The translations under genes and the position numbers were made by a program. From a virus, in the IMG/VR virus record IMGVR_UViG_3300025639_000003: a stretch of 64,000 bases of DNA. One strand, given 5' to 3'. Below, piece by piece: positions 9,203-18,726 of this stretch; positions within the stretch are counted from its first letter, which is position 1, and each line of letters opens with the position of its first letter. The notes under the pieces were generated by a model. The model saw only the letters and a program-made list of their open reading frames with translations, was not told the DNA's origin and ran no database searches.

Positions 9203-9444
9203 AAGTTAAATTCAGACAAATTTAAATCTTGCTCTTTATCGAGTTCTTGTTTAATCCAAATTAGGGCAAGTTGTTCAGTATTTTCAATAAATGCCTCATC
9301 CGAAACAGGAGAAGGTAATACCGACACCATCCACTTTATCTTATCGTATGCAGATATAAGCATATCATCCGAAATGGTGAATTTGGCTTTTTGCTTACGC
9401 TCAGTTTTAATTGCATCAAGTACAGTATCTAATGTCACCATCAT
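9199..9444 (-). CDS. Small hypothetical protein
   Basis: ATGA overlaps on both sides. Confidence 0.55.
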   Translation of the reverse strand: MMVTLDTVLDAIKTERKQKAKFTISDDMLISAYDKIKWMVSVLPSPVSDEAFIENTEQLALIWIKQELDKEQDLNLSEFNL

Positions 9445-9623
9445 AATATAGTCTCCGTGTGGCTTTTGCGAGAAGAGGCAATTGCTAGATTAACCTTTTG
9501 TTCTTTCGTCATCTTGACATATTCGTCATAGCTAATAAATCCGCCCATTTCACCGATTTGGATTTCGGTCATGGTCGAAGTTAAATCTTTAATTTTTTTA
9601 GTATATTCACTTTTAGTCATCAT
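9441..9623 (-). CDS. Small early hypothetical protein
   Basis: Start MMTKS after GAGAGG SD in the repeated leader. Confidence 0.55.
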   Translation of the reverse strand: MMTKSEYTKKIKDLTSTMTEIQIGEMGGFISYDEYVKMTKEQKVNLAIASSRKSHTETIL

Positions 9624-9655
9624 AATATAAATACCTCTCAATTAACTAACTTACA
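9618..9655. repeat. 38-bp leader identical to 53219-53256
   Basis: catcataatataaatacctctcaattaactaacttaca at both sites. Confidence 0.95.
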
Positions 9656-9659
9656 CCTA

Positions 9660-9688
9660 ATTATACCTAGTTTTTTTCAAAAAGTAAA
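9660..9688 (-). promoter_or_regulatory. Sigma70-type early promoter TTTACT-N17-TATAAT
   Basis: 9659-9690 is identical over 32 bp to 10812-10843. Confidence 0.8.
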
Positions 9689-9706
9689 GGTTTTTTTTAT
9701 TTATTT

Positions 9707-9886
9707 TCACAATACGATACAATCTTCATAAGCAGCAACTATAGATTCAAAATTAAGTTTTTCATCTAAGGTACATTCCTCCACCGCATCATCAAACAAC
9801 TCTTGCTCCATAGGGCAATAGGTGAAACTCACATATGTCTGGGCGTCATTAACGACGTTTAATTCTTGTTTATTTAAGGTTTTCAT
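9707..9886 (-). CDS. Small acidic hypothetical protein
   Basis: Manual ORF MKTLNKQELNVVNDAQ..., 59 aa. Confidence 0.5.
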   Translation of the reverse strand: MKTLNKQELNVVNDAQTYVSFTYCPMEQELFDDAVEECTLDEKLNFESIVAAYEDCIVL

Positions 9887-10059
9887 AATATATTCTCTCT
9901 ATCAATTTTATTTCTTTATGCTCAGGAAATCAATTAAACACTTCTATCATAAGTCTATAATATGCGTCAATTGTTATTGCAATACATAATGCAATAGCCA
10001 TAAAAACTAAGGATATTGGATAGGCATTTATAACTAGATGCGCCATTCATTAAAACTCC

Positions 10060-10263
10060 TTAAACACCCAATAAGATCGATTCATCAATTTCCAGCTGAG
10101 CATAGCGGGATTCATCCAATAAAACCTGCGTTTCAGGGATACAGCTACCACATACGCTTCCAACGCCAAGTTTATCTCGAATCATTGATTTATTACAACA
10201 CCCTTGACTAATAGCAGCATTAACCTGTGACTCTGTAACACCTTTACACAAGCACACATACAT
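10060..10263 (-). CDS. bfd: Bacterioferritin-associated [2Fe-2S] ferredoxin
   Basis: MYVCLCKGVT...LGVGSVCGSC (CxC-x31-CxxC). Confidence 0.92.
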   Translation of the reverse strand: MYVCLCKGVTESQVNAAISQGCCNKSMIRDKLGVGSVCGSCIPETQVLLDESRYAQLEIDESILLGV

Positions 10264-10292
10264 AAAATTCTCTCCTGATTAAAATAAACCAT

Positions 10293-10393
10293 ATGTGTCA
10301 TCGCTCATCTGGAGTAGTTCTTTTAAATTTCTCAATGAAATGTAACCCCAAAATAAAGCAAATGTGTCATCACTCACCTGGAGTAGTTCTTTT
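10293..10393. repeat. 32-bp direct repeat (30/32 identical) separated by 37 bp
   Basis: 10293-10324 vs 10362-10393. Confidence 0.85.
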
Positions 10394-10657
10394 TTCTGGG
10401 TCATGTATATTTCCTCCGCATTTTCCTCCACATACAGCTCCGCATGTGGATTCTTTAGTGGGAAGTGTCTTCGGTTTAGAATATTCCTGCATACCGAACG
10501 GTTCTGGTTCTTCTTTTATTGCCACATATATTTCTACAGCAATAGCACCCACAACTAAGCACCCAACGGTTATAAGGGCAACCGTTGATGCCGTTTTATT
10601 ATTTAGCATTATAATAATTCCGAAAAGCATTATCCCACTCTTCCGGACTCGCATCAT
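10370..10657 (-). CDS. Small membrane protein with Cys-rich tail
   Basis: One TM segment; CGAVCGGKCGG. Confidence 0.5.
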   Translation of the reverse strand: MMRVRKSGIMLFGIIIMLNNKTASTVALITVGCLVVGAIAVEIYVAIKEEPEPFGMQEYSKPKTLPTKESTCGAVCGGKCGGNIHDPEKRTTPGE

Positions 10658-10805
10658 TTAATTTACGCACTTTCTTTGGCTCTTCTTTATCTACCAACAG
10701 CTCAGGCACATATGTAAACTGGTATGATTTGTTTTTATTAAAATTTACTACGACAGAATCGGTCTTTTTGTAATTCATAATATATTTCCTCCTAAGCACA
10801 AACAA
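10599..10805 (-). CDS. Small hypothetical protein
   Basis: Likely start MNYKKT downstream of a promoter. Confidence 0.45.
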   Translation of the reverse strand: MFVLRRKYIMNYKKTDSVVVNFNKNKSYQFTYVPELLVDKEEPKKVRKLNDASPEEWDNAFRNYYNAK

Positions 10806-10812
10806 TACACCA

Positions 10813-10841
10813 ATTATACCTAGTTTTTTTCAAAAAGTAAA
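10813..10841 (-). promoter_or_regulatory. Sigma70-type early promoter TTTACT-N17-TATAAT
   Basis: Exact hexamers and spacing. Confidence 0.8.
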
Positions 10842-10848
10842 GGATTAT

Positions 10849-10998
10849 TTACTCGGAATCATCTATTTTAAGTATTCCTTGTTCTTCCAATTGCTCTAAA
10901 CAAGAATCAACTCCTTCAACAACCCCTTGGCTATACCCATTGCGATATGAGAAGTATGATGCTGCCGCTATCGTAACGAGAAAGATAAATTGTTCCAT
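10849..10998 (-). CDS. Small membrane protein
   Basis: Manual ORF MEQFIFLVTIAAASYFSYRNG..., 49 aa. Confidence 0.45.
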   Translation of the reverse strand: MEQFIFLVTIAAASYFSYRNGYSQGVVEGVDSCLEQLEEQGILKIDDSE

Positions 10999-11006
10999 AT
11001 AATGCC

Positions 11007-11594
11007 CTATTTTAGTTTTTCTTTAAACATTGAAATTTTCATCCCAATAATGTTTTTTGCTTCAATAACTCTTAATCTACTACTGCAACTGTCCGGAATC
11101 ACAAAAACGAAAAGTATATCAGGGTGCTGGCTAGCAAACCATTCAAGATAATTAATTCGGTTATAAATGTCGTCAGCATTACTCTGAGTGTGTTCTTCAT
11201 AATTTTGTGTTCCTTTATATATATTATCTAAAGAACGGTTTCCTGAAATAATAAAATCGAACCCTAAACAATATATTAGATTATAGTTTCGGGATATTGC
11301 TTCCCGCATAGCCACCATACCTGCGTTATTTCTACGACCAGTTGTTTCTTCCCACCTTTCTTTTTCTGGAGGAAAAATTACTGAATCTATATCAATTTTG
11401 TCATAATTATTTTTTATTTCATCTTCCATGCGTTGATCTATAGCGACTAAATAATCATATCCGTCCCATTCTCGATATAATGCATTACACCCAAAAATAG
11501 TTCCCTTACCTTTAAGTGTATCTAAGTCGATATCTTTTCTAGACGGTCCGTTCCCCAATACAATTGCTACTTTTTTTCTTTTCACGAGCATCAT
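11007..11594 (-). CDS. MptE-like/DUF115 or sialyltransferase-like Rossmann protein
   Basis: AIVLGNGPSR, IFGCNALYR, YCLGFDF. Confidence 0.55.
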   Translation of the reverse strand: MMLVKRKKVAIVLGNGPSRKDIDLDTLKGKGTIFGCNALYREWDGYDYLVAIDQRMEDEIKNNYDKIDIDSVIFPPEKERWEETTGRRNNAGMVAMREAISRNYNLIYCLGFDFIISGNRSLDNIYKGTQNYEEHTQSNADDIYNRINYLEWFASQHPDILFVFVIPDSCSSRLRVIEAKNIIGMKISMFKEKLK

Positions 11595-11724
11595 CCTCTA
11601 AAGTATTCTTTTTCTTTCCCCAATCAATGAGATCATAATTATTTCGAAACTTTTCATTAGTTTTCTTTGAAGAAAGTGTGTCCCCTGTGATATCATTTTT
11701 TGCCGTATTCATTAACGTATTCAT
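11539..11724 (-). CDS. Small hypothetical protein
   Basis: NDITGD...NYDLIDW. Confidence 0.5.
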   Translation of the reverse strand: MNTLMNTAKNDITGDTLSSKKTNEKFRNNYDLIDWGKKKNTLEDDAREKKKSSNCIGERTV

Positions 11725-12158
11725 TTACTCCAATGTTCAGTCAATTTTGGAAAAGCGTCACACACCAACTTTTTAGTCAATCCTTTATATGGAAGTTTTC
11801 CATTTCTCATACCAATAACTATTTTGGCGTCATTAGGATTGAGCGATTCTAGCATCTGAATATAAAGAAATTCGCGACGTGAAGTTTTTAAATTTTGTTG
11901 TGTTGGGCTTGGTCCTTCAACGAAAATATAAATTCTTCGTAGTTCCGAAGACAGTCCAATTTCCCCATCACTATTTTCGGACAATGGCTTGTATGGAGGA
12001 TCTCCTTCAGGGAGCAGCCATTTAACACTTGGGTCGAAAGTTGAACCCAAAATAATTTTTAATGCAGGACTACTACAATTATGAAGGATGGCGATTTTTT
12101 CTTTTTTGGATTTCGCTTTCCCCACTTCAGTAAAAATTTGATGGAAATTGTTATTCAT
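11721..12158 (-). CDS. Conserved T4-like protein (DUF6433-like)
   Basis: WLLPEGDPPYKP, REFLYIQMLESL; next to rnh. Confidence 0.65.
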   Translation of the reverse strand: MNNNFHQIFTEVGKAKSKKEKIAILHNCSSPALKIILGSTFDPSVKWLLPEGDPPYKPLSENSDGEIGLSSELRRIYIFVEGPSPTQQNLKTSRREFLYIQMLESLNPNDAKIVIGMRNGKLPYKGLTKKLVCDAFPKLTEHWSK

Positions 12159-13031
12159 CTAAAATTCTCCAATACAATCAGTTAAGTTTTTTAATCTATT
12201 TTTAATAAAGTAGTTTAAAAGACCGCTACGTTTGGGCGCATTATAATTCTTAAATTGATCAAGAATTTTAATAGATATTTGGGGCGGAACATATTCCAAA
12301 TCAACTAACGCTTCATTCCGCTTATAATTTCTAAGCATATCATCGTTGCAGAAATGTTCAGGCTCTAATTCTACCCAAGTTTCAAGTTTCTTTGTTGATA
12401 CAGGTTTTTGTCTTTTCTTATTAATTATACATGAATCTTCCGAAAGAAAATTCGGTATACCATCACCACGATCTCCTCGCATAATATGCTCACGAAGGAA
12501 ACGTCTAGGATCGTCAACAACAATCCACTTTTTTTGCATTGGACTATATTGTTTTACATTAGTATATTTTTGAAGTTGACAAAAGTCTTTATCCCCAGAA
12601 ACAATTAATATTTTTTCAACGTCATCATTATTTAAATACACCCCATATTCCTTTGATATTACGCCAATAATGTCATCGGCTTCAGCACGTTCAACTTGAA
12701 TCACCCTGTATGGAAAATATTCTTTAATTTCATCTCTAATCTTATTTAATGCCCCGAAAATTTTATTCCAATCATGCGTAGACTTGGACCGATCTTCCTT
12801 TCGGTGAGCCTTATAATAAGGGAAGATGTCCTTTCTCCAATAGTTTTTATCATCACAAGCAATCACTAATTCGCCGTATTCTGCCGAAAATTTTTGACGA
12901 TACATGCGAATAGAATTTAAAATCATATGCCTGACAAGATTTTCTTCTACTTCATCATTTTGATTTAATTGCATCATTATGTTACTAATAATAACTTGAT
13001 TTAAGTCTAAAATTATCATAAAATTCACCAA
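12159..13031 (-). CDS. rnh: T4-type RNase H / 5'-3' exonuclease
   Basis: IACDDKNYWR, FPYYKA, EADDIIG, SGDKDFCQL, GDRGDGIPN. Confidence 0.95.
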   Translation of the reverse strand: MVNFMIILDLNQVIISNIMMQLNQNDEVEENLVRHMILNSIRMYRQKFSAEYGELVIACDDKNYWRKDIFPYYKAHRKEDRSKSTHDWNKIFGALNKIRDEIKEYFPYRVIQVERAEADDIIGVISKEYGVYLNNDDVEKILIVSGDKDFCQLQKYTNVKQYSPMQKKWIVVDDPRRFLREHIMRGDRGDGIPNFLSEDSCIINKKRQKPVSTKKLETWVELEPEHFCNDDMLRNYKRNEALVDLEYVPPQISIKILDQFKNYNAPKRSGLLNYFIKNRLKNLTDCIGEF

Positions 13032-13050
13032 TTATTGTAATTAATAATAT

Positions 13051-13079
13051 ATCATACTATACATTAGGGTAAAAGTAAA
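13051..13079 (-). promoter_or_regulatory. Sigma70-type promoter TTTACT-N17-TATGAT for rnh
   Basis: Hexamers with 17-bp spacer. Confidence 0.65.
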
Positions 13080-13090
13080 TCGCCTTTCAT

Positions 13091-13117
13091 AAAAAAATGG
13101 GGGACAACCCCCCATTT
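13091..13117 (-). terminator. Rho-independent terminator
   Basis: AAATGGGGG/CCCCCATTT stem followed by a T-run on the minus strand. Confidence 0.8.
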
Positions 13118-13144
13118 CTACATTCCTAGAACAGAAATTGATCT

Positions 13145-13477
13145 CTATTGTTCGAAATTGTACTGATATTCAACAAATAATGCGTCACCGATTTGATCGC
13201 GACCTTGAAACACATCCCAAGGAGCAGATAAATCGTTTTGCTGATATGCAGCTGTTAACTGATGCGCTTTAGAACCAACATATGCTGTGCCAAATACACG
13301 TGCATAGTTGTTATTGTTCTGACCAGACCAAAATTCACCAAACTGATCCATGTCTTGATTCCAACGAAAACCAGCTGATTTCATTTTTAAAGCAAACCCA
13401 CTATCATGATCGGCTGCCATTAGAGGGGCAGACATAATAGCGAACATTGTTACTAATAACACTAATAATTTCTTCAT
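13145..13477 (-). CDS. Secreted beta-rich protein of unknown function
   Basis: Signal peptide MKKLLVLLVTMFAIMSAPLMA; C-terminus LFVEYQYNFEQ. Confidence 0.65.
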   Translation of the reverse strand: MKKLLVLLVTMFAIMSAPLMAADHDSGFALKMKSAGFRWNQDMDQFGEFWSGQNNNNYARVFGTAYVGSKAHQLTAAYQQNDLSAPWDVFQGRDQIGDALFVEYQYNFEQ

Positions 13478-13572
13478 TTTTTCTAATACCTTTTCTTAAT
13501 TGCAATTAATATAAAACATGTTTTATTCTGACATAAAAAAAGTTACATCAGAATATATATATAGGGGTTTCA

Positions 13573-14172
13573 TTACCCCACGGAATTACATAACCCTTTA
13601 TCGTATGCATCTTTCTGCTGCTTCAAACCAGTATTAAGAGCAGTTACCGTAGCACCAGAATCAATCTTAGCGGCAAAAGGATGCTCTGATTCTTCATAAT
13701 CACGTTGAACATCACGTGAAGAAGGAAGACCCATTACAGCATTATATAATGCTTCTTTTGTTGCTTCATAGTTATACTGCTGAATTAATGCATCATCAGT
13801 TGCATTCCAATGAATGAAAACTCCAACCGTGATAAATAGGTCATCTGCTTCAGAATCAAGAATTACGCCCTCTTGAACAGAATCAGCAATAGCCATAGAT
13901 ACGCCACGTTGAGCAGGACCGAACATCTGTACTGCTTGTGCCCCTTTCTTAATAGTAACTTTATTGAACATAACAGTATTTGGTTTAACCATTAAGTTCG
14001 GTGCTACTACTGCTAAAAGAGATGTAAACCCATCTTTATTGTTTACTAATGCATTAGCAAAAGCTGTTTCTACTGCTGAACCTCTTGGTCCAATCATTAA
14101 ATCAATGTGAGCAACTTCATTGCCCTCGCCCACTAATGACTCTCCTACACACAAATTTGTTATTCTGTTCAT
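13573..14172 (-). CDS. fae: Formaldehyde-activating enzyme (H4MPT-dependent)
   Basis: [73 protein letters not shown]. Confidence 0.95.
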   Translation of the reverse strand: MNRITNLCVGESLVGEGNEVAHIDLMIGPRGSAVETAFANALVNNKDGFTSLLAVVAPNLMVKPNTVMFNKVTIKKGAQAVQMFGPAQRGVSMAIADSVQEGVILDSEADDLFITVGVFIHWNATDDALIQQYNYEATKEALYNAVMGLPSSRDVQRDYEESEHPFAAKIDSGATVTALNTGLKQQKDAYDKGLCNSVG

Positions 14173-14175
14173 TTA

Positions 14176-14346
14176 TTATCTATCCTCTGTTAAACTATCT
14201 AATTGAAAGTATGTGCATATATGATCATTTTCATACTGCCTAAGTTTGTCCTTTGCTTCTTTATATGTGTTGAATTTTTCACGTCTTACTTCTTCGCCTG
14301 ACTCACCTTGAACCCAATAGGATGTGAGTAAGTAAAAGTATCCCAT
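14176..14346 (-). CDS. Small hypothetical protein
   Basis: Manual ORF MGYFYLLTSYWVQG..., 56 aa. Confidence 0.45.
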   Translation of the reverse strand: MGYFYLLTSYWVQGESGEEVRREKFNTYKEAKDKLRQYENDHICTYFQLDSLTEDR

Positions 14347-14885
14347 TAATATTTTCCTCCCCTAGAATCATTTGATTGATGCGATCCCTTTCCCATTTCT
14401 TCCGTCCAAGTCATTTTAATGTCCGAATAATATACGCCTATCGTTCGTTTGGGGTTTCCTTCAGAATCGTAAGCCATAGCTATGCAATTATATGTAACCG
14501 CACATTCTTGATTTTCCCCATAAAATAGATCTATATATGTTCCACCACTAATATACTTTTTAAGATTTCTAATATATTTCTCGAGGGAATTGACCTTTGC
14601 TATTGCTTTATTTGCAACCCTCTTTTCCGGACTTTTTAAATTTTTTCGTTCCTCAGCCAATTTTCCCTCAGACGCTGATATATACCTTTTTATATTTTTC
14701 AATGATAGTGCGTTATCATCATCTAGGTCTAAGACCCTCTTAGCCACGTTCTTCGGAGGATTAGCTTTAGCACGTATTTCCCTTGCTTTAGCCAAACGTT
14801 CGCCTGCTGCAGCTTTTTGTTCTTCGCTCATTGGCTTGCGTTTTTTACGTTTTTTTGGTATAGTTTCTATCGGTAATGTATTCAT
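14346..14885 (-). CDS. Conserved T4-like basic protein
   Basis: RKPMSEEQKAAAGERLAKARE; MAYDSEGNPKRTIG. Confidence 0.65.
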   Translation of the reverse strand: MNTLPIETIPKKRKKRKPMSEEQKAAAGERLAKAREIRAKANPPKNVAKRVLDLDDDNALSLKNIKRYISASEGKLAEERKNLKSPEKRVANKAIAKVNSLEKYIRNLKKYISGGTYIDLFYGENQECAVTYNCIAMAYDSEGNPKRTIGVYYSDIKMTWTEEMGKGSHQSNDSRGGKY

Positions 14886-14892
14886 AATTCAC

Positions 14893-15876
14893 CTAACTGA
14901 CTAATTGACGTAACATATTTTCCCATTCAGCCGCACGAAGATCCCAGTTATAAAAATTATCTACCCAATTTTTTTGATACACGAGTTTCTTATTTAAATT
15001 AGCATCTTTATCCAATATGCGTTGAATTGATGAATATAATTGATTCACAAACACATTAGCATGTTGTTGACTGTCCTCATTCCACTGGTACATTGTAGCA
15101 AAATTTCCAGTCGTTTCAGGTAATGCTGCATAATTAGGGCAAACTATCTCACACCCAGCACTCATTGCTTCTATTGCTGAAATGCAAGAAGTTTCTGGCC
15201 AAATACTAGGATAAGCAAAGATATGAGATGATTTAAGTGCCTTCCGAACTTCTTCATTAGGTTGATACCCATGATATGTCATTTGAGGATGATCTATAAT
15301 ATCTTGAAATAGCTTATCAAAAGGTTTGTCGCGTTCTTTCCATCCATATGCCTCAAATGAGGAATATACATCTAGATGAATCTTATCTCCAAATATTTCT
15401 GCTAATTTTTCAACCGCAGCATAAAGTATATTCAATCCTCTATGGGGAGTAGTATGATATATTAAACGAACAACATCACTGTCCTTATCTTCCATAGCCA
15501 CTTCAATAGGATCTATTGCATTTCTAAGAACTATAGATTCCCCATAGGTAACTCCATACGCCATATTATATGTTGCTAATTGATAATTTGAAACAAAAAC
15601 TAATTTATCAAACCGCTTTCGCCTATCACTATCATTTAAATGATTAGCTTCTGGGTCATCCCAAGTGTCATGTAACCAAAGAATATTTTTCTTATCGGGA
15701 TCTATAGTGCGAACACGAGACTTGATAATATGAAATTGGTCTAGCAATTCATTATCAACTCGTTCATGTAATCCTTTATTCATAAGTTCTGTTCCGCCCA
15801 TCGCACCGTCGTATGTACCATCGGCAGAAGGACCAAGTTCGACTGTCTCAGTGTCGTCTATGATATTTAAACTCAT
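14893..15876 (-). CDS. GT-B glycosyltransferase (GT4-like)
   Basis: MGGTEL, YHTTPHRGL, YPSIWPETSCISAIEAMSAG. Confidence 0.9.
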   Translation of the reverse strand: MSLNIIDDTETVELGPSADGTYDGAMGGTELMNKGLHERVDNELLDQFHIIKSRVRTIDPDKKNILWLHDTWDDPEANHLNDSDRRKRFDKLVFVSNYQLATYNMAYGVTYGESIVLRNAIDPIEVAMEDKDSDVVRLIYHTTPHRGLNILYAAVEKLAEIFGDKIHLDVYSSFEAYGWKERDKPFDKLFQDIIDHPQMTYHGYQPNEEVRKALKSSHIFAYPSIWPETSCISAIEAMSAGCEIVCPNYAALPETTGNFATMYQWNEDSQQHANVFVNQLYSSIQRILDKDANLNKKLVYQKNWVDNFYNWDLRAAEWENMLRQLVS

Positions 15877-16121
15877 TGGATATAGTCCACGCTAGATATA
15901 GAATCTAATCTAAAAGATCTCCACCCATGTTGTTCTAAATCCCACACTGCCAACACTTCAGGATTTTCTTTTTTGGATCCATCACCTTTAATTTCAGGAA
16001 CTATGCCTTCCTTTAAAGTGCATCTCATAGATCTAGTAGTGCCGTCTACTTTGGTGAATAGCACTGCAGCTTCACCTGTTGTTAAGTATTTTTTCAATTC
16101 ACTTTTATTATATTTCACCAT
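15873..16121 (-). CDS. SH3-fold/WYL_2-like small protein
   Basis: FTKVDGTTRSMRCTL, VWDLEQHGWRSFRL. Confidence 0.75.
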   Translation of the reverse strand: MVKYNKSELKKYLTTGEAAVLFTKVDGTTRSMRCTLKEGIVPEIKGDGSKKENPEVLAVWDLEQHGWRSFRLDSISSVDYIQ

Positions 16122-16267
16122 TACCTCCTTATGTCTCCTCGTTTACAATTTCTTCAAGCCTACTTTTAATATTTTCATATTTTTCTTGCCAAAATTCAGT
16201 TAATTTTTTTTGTTCTTCGTATTTTAATTCGTAATCTTCAAGTTCTATGAAAAACCTTTTAATTTCC

Positions 16268-16462
16268 TTAATCATATTCGCTCAACCTCGTTATTTCTAA
16301 TAATGCTGCCGATTTTGGTGGTAAATGATTCAATTTTGAATACACTCTATTCGACACTTTCCAACCATATACTATGCTAGGAATACATCCGCTATTAGGT
16401 CTAGCGAGAATATCCCGATATGAAATTACAAATTTGGTTCTCCACAATAGTTTAAACCTCAT
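16268..16462 (-). CDS. Hypothetical protein
   Basis: Packed ORF. Confidence 0.4.
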   Translation of the reverse strand: MRFKLLWRTKFVISYRDILARPNSGCIPSIVYGWKVSNRVYSKLNHLPPKSAALLEITRLSEYD

Positions 16463-16608
16463 CCTTGCCCACGATATGCTTTATAACTTGATTTTTTAGA
16501 TTTATTCATTGATGAAAATTTTACAGCACCTCTTCCTTGGCTTGTTCTTTTATGATTAGAACTAGACCCTTTAGACATACCGATACCCATACCACCTGCT
16601 TTAGCCAT
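16459..16608 (-). CDS. Small basic protein
   Basis: Manual ORF MAKAGG...KRTSQGRG..FSSMNKSKKSSYKAYRGQG, 49 aa. Confidence 0.6.
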   Translation of the reverse strand: MAKAGGMGIGMSKGSSSNHKRTSQGRGAVKFSSMNKSKKSSYKAYRGQG

Positions 16609-16823
16609 ACATCAATTCCCCTTTTTCTCATTAATAATTACACCAGCAACTGGCCAAATGATTAGACTCAATCCAACTGCTGCCCATGATAACATCTCAG
16701 AAATGCTCATGCTATCTGCTACACACTTTCCGTCGCAGTCAGAACCAGCAACCCCAAGTAGGACTATCATGCCAATAATTATACGAATCATAATATACTC
16801 CTAAACATTTATACAATACCTAT

Positions 16824-16851
16824 ATTATACCGTATTTCCTGTAGAAGTCAA
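16824..16851 (-). promoter_or_regulatory. Sigma70-type promoter TTGACT-N16-TATAAT
   Basis: Intergenic hexamers. Confidence 0.6.
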
Positions 16852-16858
16852 GTGTTTT

Positions 16859-18571
16859 TTAACTTTTTTTAGTGTCATATGCAACTTGCGTTATGAACCA
16901 AGAAAACCAATTTTTATACGAAATTACTCTAGCAGATTCGTCGTCATTAATAACTTTACGCCATGTTCCTTCCAAATCGTTGATATCACCTTTAATTACA
17001 GCATTCTCGTAATCACATTTACCAAATACTACAACTGGACGCTCATATAGCATTGCTTCTTGCCCTGTTCCACTGTTTATACTATACACAGCAAGAGCAT
17101 CGGCAATCATAGAATTGATAGGATAGTCTAAATGATATTCCACATTAGTGTATGATTGTATAATTTCTACTAATGGTTCCATCGATTTTTTGTTAATAGG
17201 GTGACCTTTAAATACTACCTTTATCCCACTAATTTCTGCCCATTCGCACATTGCTTTAACCAGTTCAGGAACAGTTATGTTCGAATGATACTTGATGGTT
17301 TCGTCGTGGGGAAGTTGTAAAGGAACCAACACATAAGGTTCTTCATGAGACCAATCATTATTTCCCTGTAAATGTTTAAATTTAGTCCCGCCAGCTTTAA
17401 CATATTTTTGTAATTTTTCAAATTCCTTGTCATTCCCATATTCGATTTCTGGCGAATAATTATTTTTATATTCAGACCCACCAAGATATCCTATCTTATC
17501 TATAGTAAAAATCCACGGGAAAACGGTTTGCATATAATATCGGACATTATTGCCCCCACCCCACCACGACTTTTCAACATGAGGAGCGAATATTATTTGA
17601 TCGGTAAAATATTTACAAATCGTATCATTGAAATGCCATCTAGGTGCTTCAATAACTAAAGTATTCAATTCTTGTTCATTTTTCTTTTCTACAAAATTCG
17701 ACCAATGTTTGCGAATAGGCTCATTCACTGAATTTTCGATTGATATTTGTTTCTTGAATGGGAGGTCGAGACGTGGTTTTAATATTACATTAGTATAACC
17801 TTTTCCAATTCTATGATCTAGTTTATTCCAGCGTGCCTTTTCGGAAACGTATTTTTCATTATCATACTTTCGAGATCCTTTCCCTGTCCATATTGACGTT
17901 CCAGATTTAAACTCCCAATCCAGAAATGTCGAATCGAACTCATGTAATATGTCATCTGGGTCAACTTTAGTGGTGCTCATTAATTGGTCTATAATATGAC
18001 TTAATGCTATTTGATCATTAAACCAGCGTACAGGCAATCCTTCTATAGTTGCAGAAACCGCTTCAGCTACATTCAATGCATCAATATTATAATATACTGC
18101 TCCAGCTGCAACTTTCATCCCTTGCCGTTCCCAATTATTAGCAGCATCAACTTCACCTTTACGTGGAAAATACCCTACAGGGAGATCGGGAAATTCGAAG
18201 TCATTCATAATTAAACAATCAATATCAAGTATCATCACTTTATTTGCCGTTTTCAAAACATGCGGTGCTACAGCAAATCTAGTGCAGGCATAATATGCAC
18301 GTTCTTGTTCGGAATCAAAATCATTAAACGCAAAATCATGAAAAGAATACGTTACTCGCTTATGTGTCGTCGATGACAATATTGCGGCTAATGACAACAC
18401 ATCGTTTGTCGGGTTTACAATATGAATATGAACGTCAAACTTATGATCGGTTGCAGAATATATAAATGATGGAGCATGTTCTAAAAAATATTTTGAATCG
18501 CATGCAGCAAAAACTACAGGCGATGTCGGAAATTCTCCATATAAACTCATGTCAATTTTCTCACAATCCAT
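16859..18571 (-). CDS. Two-domain glycosyltransferase with a C-terminal KpsS/KpsC-like capsule-synthesis domain
   Basis: N-terminal ILDIDC (DxD); C-terminal VPLQLPHD, FKGHP, INSGTGQEAML. Confidence 0.75.
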   Translation of the reverse strand: MDCEKIDMSLYGEFPTSPVVFAACDSKYFLEHAPSFIYSATDHKFDVHIHIVNPTNDVLSLAAILSSTTHKRVTYSFHDFAFNDFDSEQERAYYACTRFAVAPHVLKTANKVMILDIDCLIMNDFEFPDLPVGYFPRKGEVDAANNWERQGMKVAAGAVYYNIDALNVAEAVSATIEGLPVRWFNDQIALSHIIDQLMSTTKVDPDDILHEFDSTFLDWEFKSGTSIWTGKGSRKYDNEKYVSEKARWNKLDHRIGKGYTNVILKPRLDLPFKKQISIENSVNEPIRKHWSNFVEKKNEQELNTLVIEAPRWHFNDTICKYFTDQIIFAPHVEKSWWGGGNNVRYYMQTVFPWIFTIDKIGYLGGSEYKNNYSPEIEYGNDKEFEKLQKYVKAGGTKFKHLQGNNDWSHEEPYVLVPLQLPHDETIKYHSNITVPELVKAMCEWAEISGIKVVFKGHPINKKSMEPLVEIIQSYTNVEYHLDYPINSMIADALAVYSINSGTGQEAMLYERPVVVFGKCDYENAVIKGDINDLEGTWRKVINDDESARVISYKNWFSWFITQVAYDTKKS

Positions 18572-18726
18572 TCACCATTTCCGCCATCGACCCATTCAAC
18601 TACATCCCCTGCTTTCCAATTTAAGCTATCCATGAGTTCGTCCGGAAACGTTATCATTAATTCCCCATCGTCGTCTAAGGTAATAGGGATTATGTGACTT
18701 TCTTCGTTCTTAATATGTATGCTCAT
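18547..18726 (-). CDS. AbrB/MazE-like small protein
   Basis: Manual ORF ...GELMITFPDELMDSLNWKAGDVVEW. Confidence 0.6.
   Translation of the reverse strand: MSIHIKNEESHIIPITLDDDGELMITFPDELMDSLNWKAGDVVEWVDGGNGEWIVRKLT

Noticed and set aside
11007-11594. MptE-like ORF as methanopterin biosynthesis supporting fae
   Set aside because: The GNGPS motif family is broad and often glycan-related; nothing specific links it to pterins.
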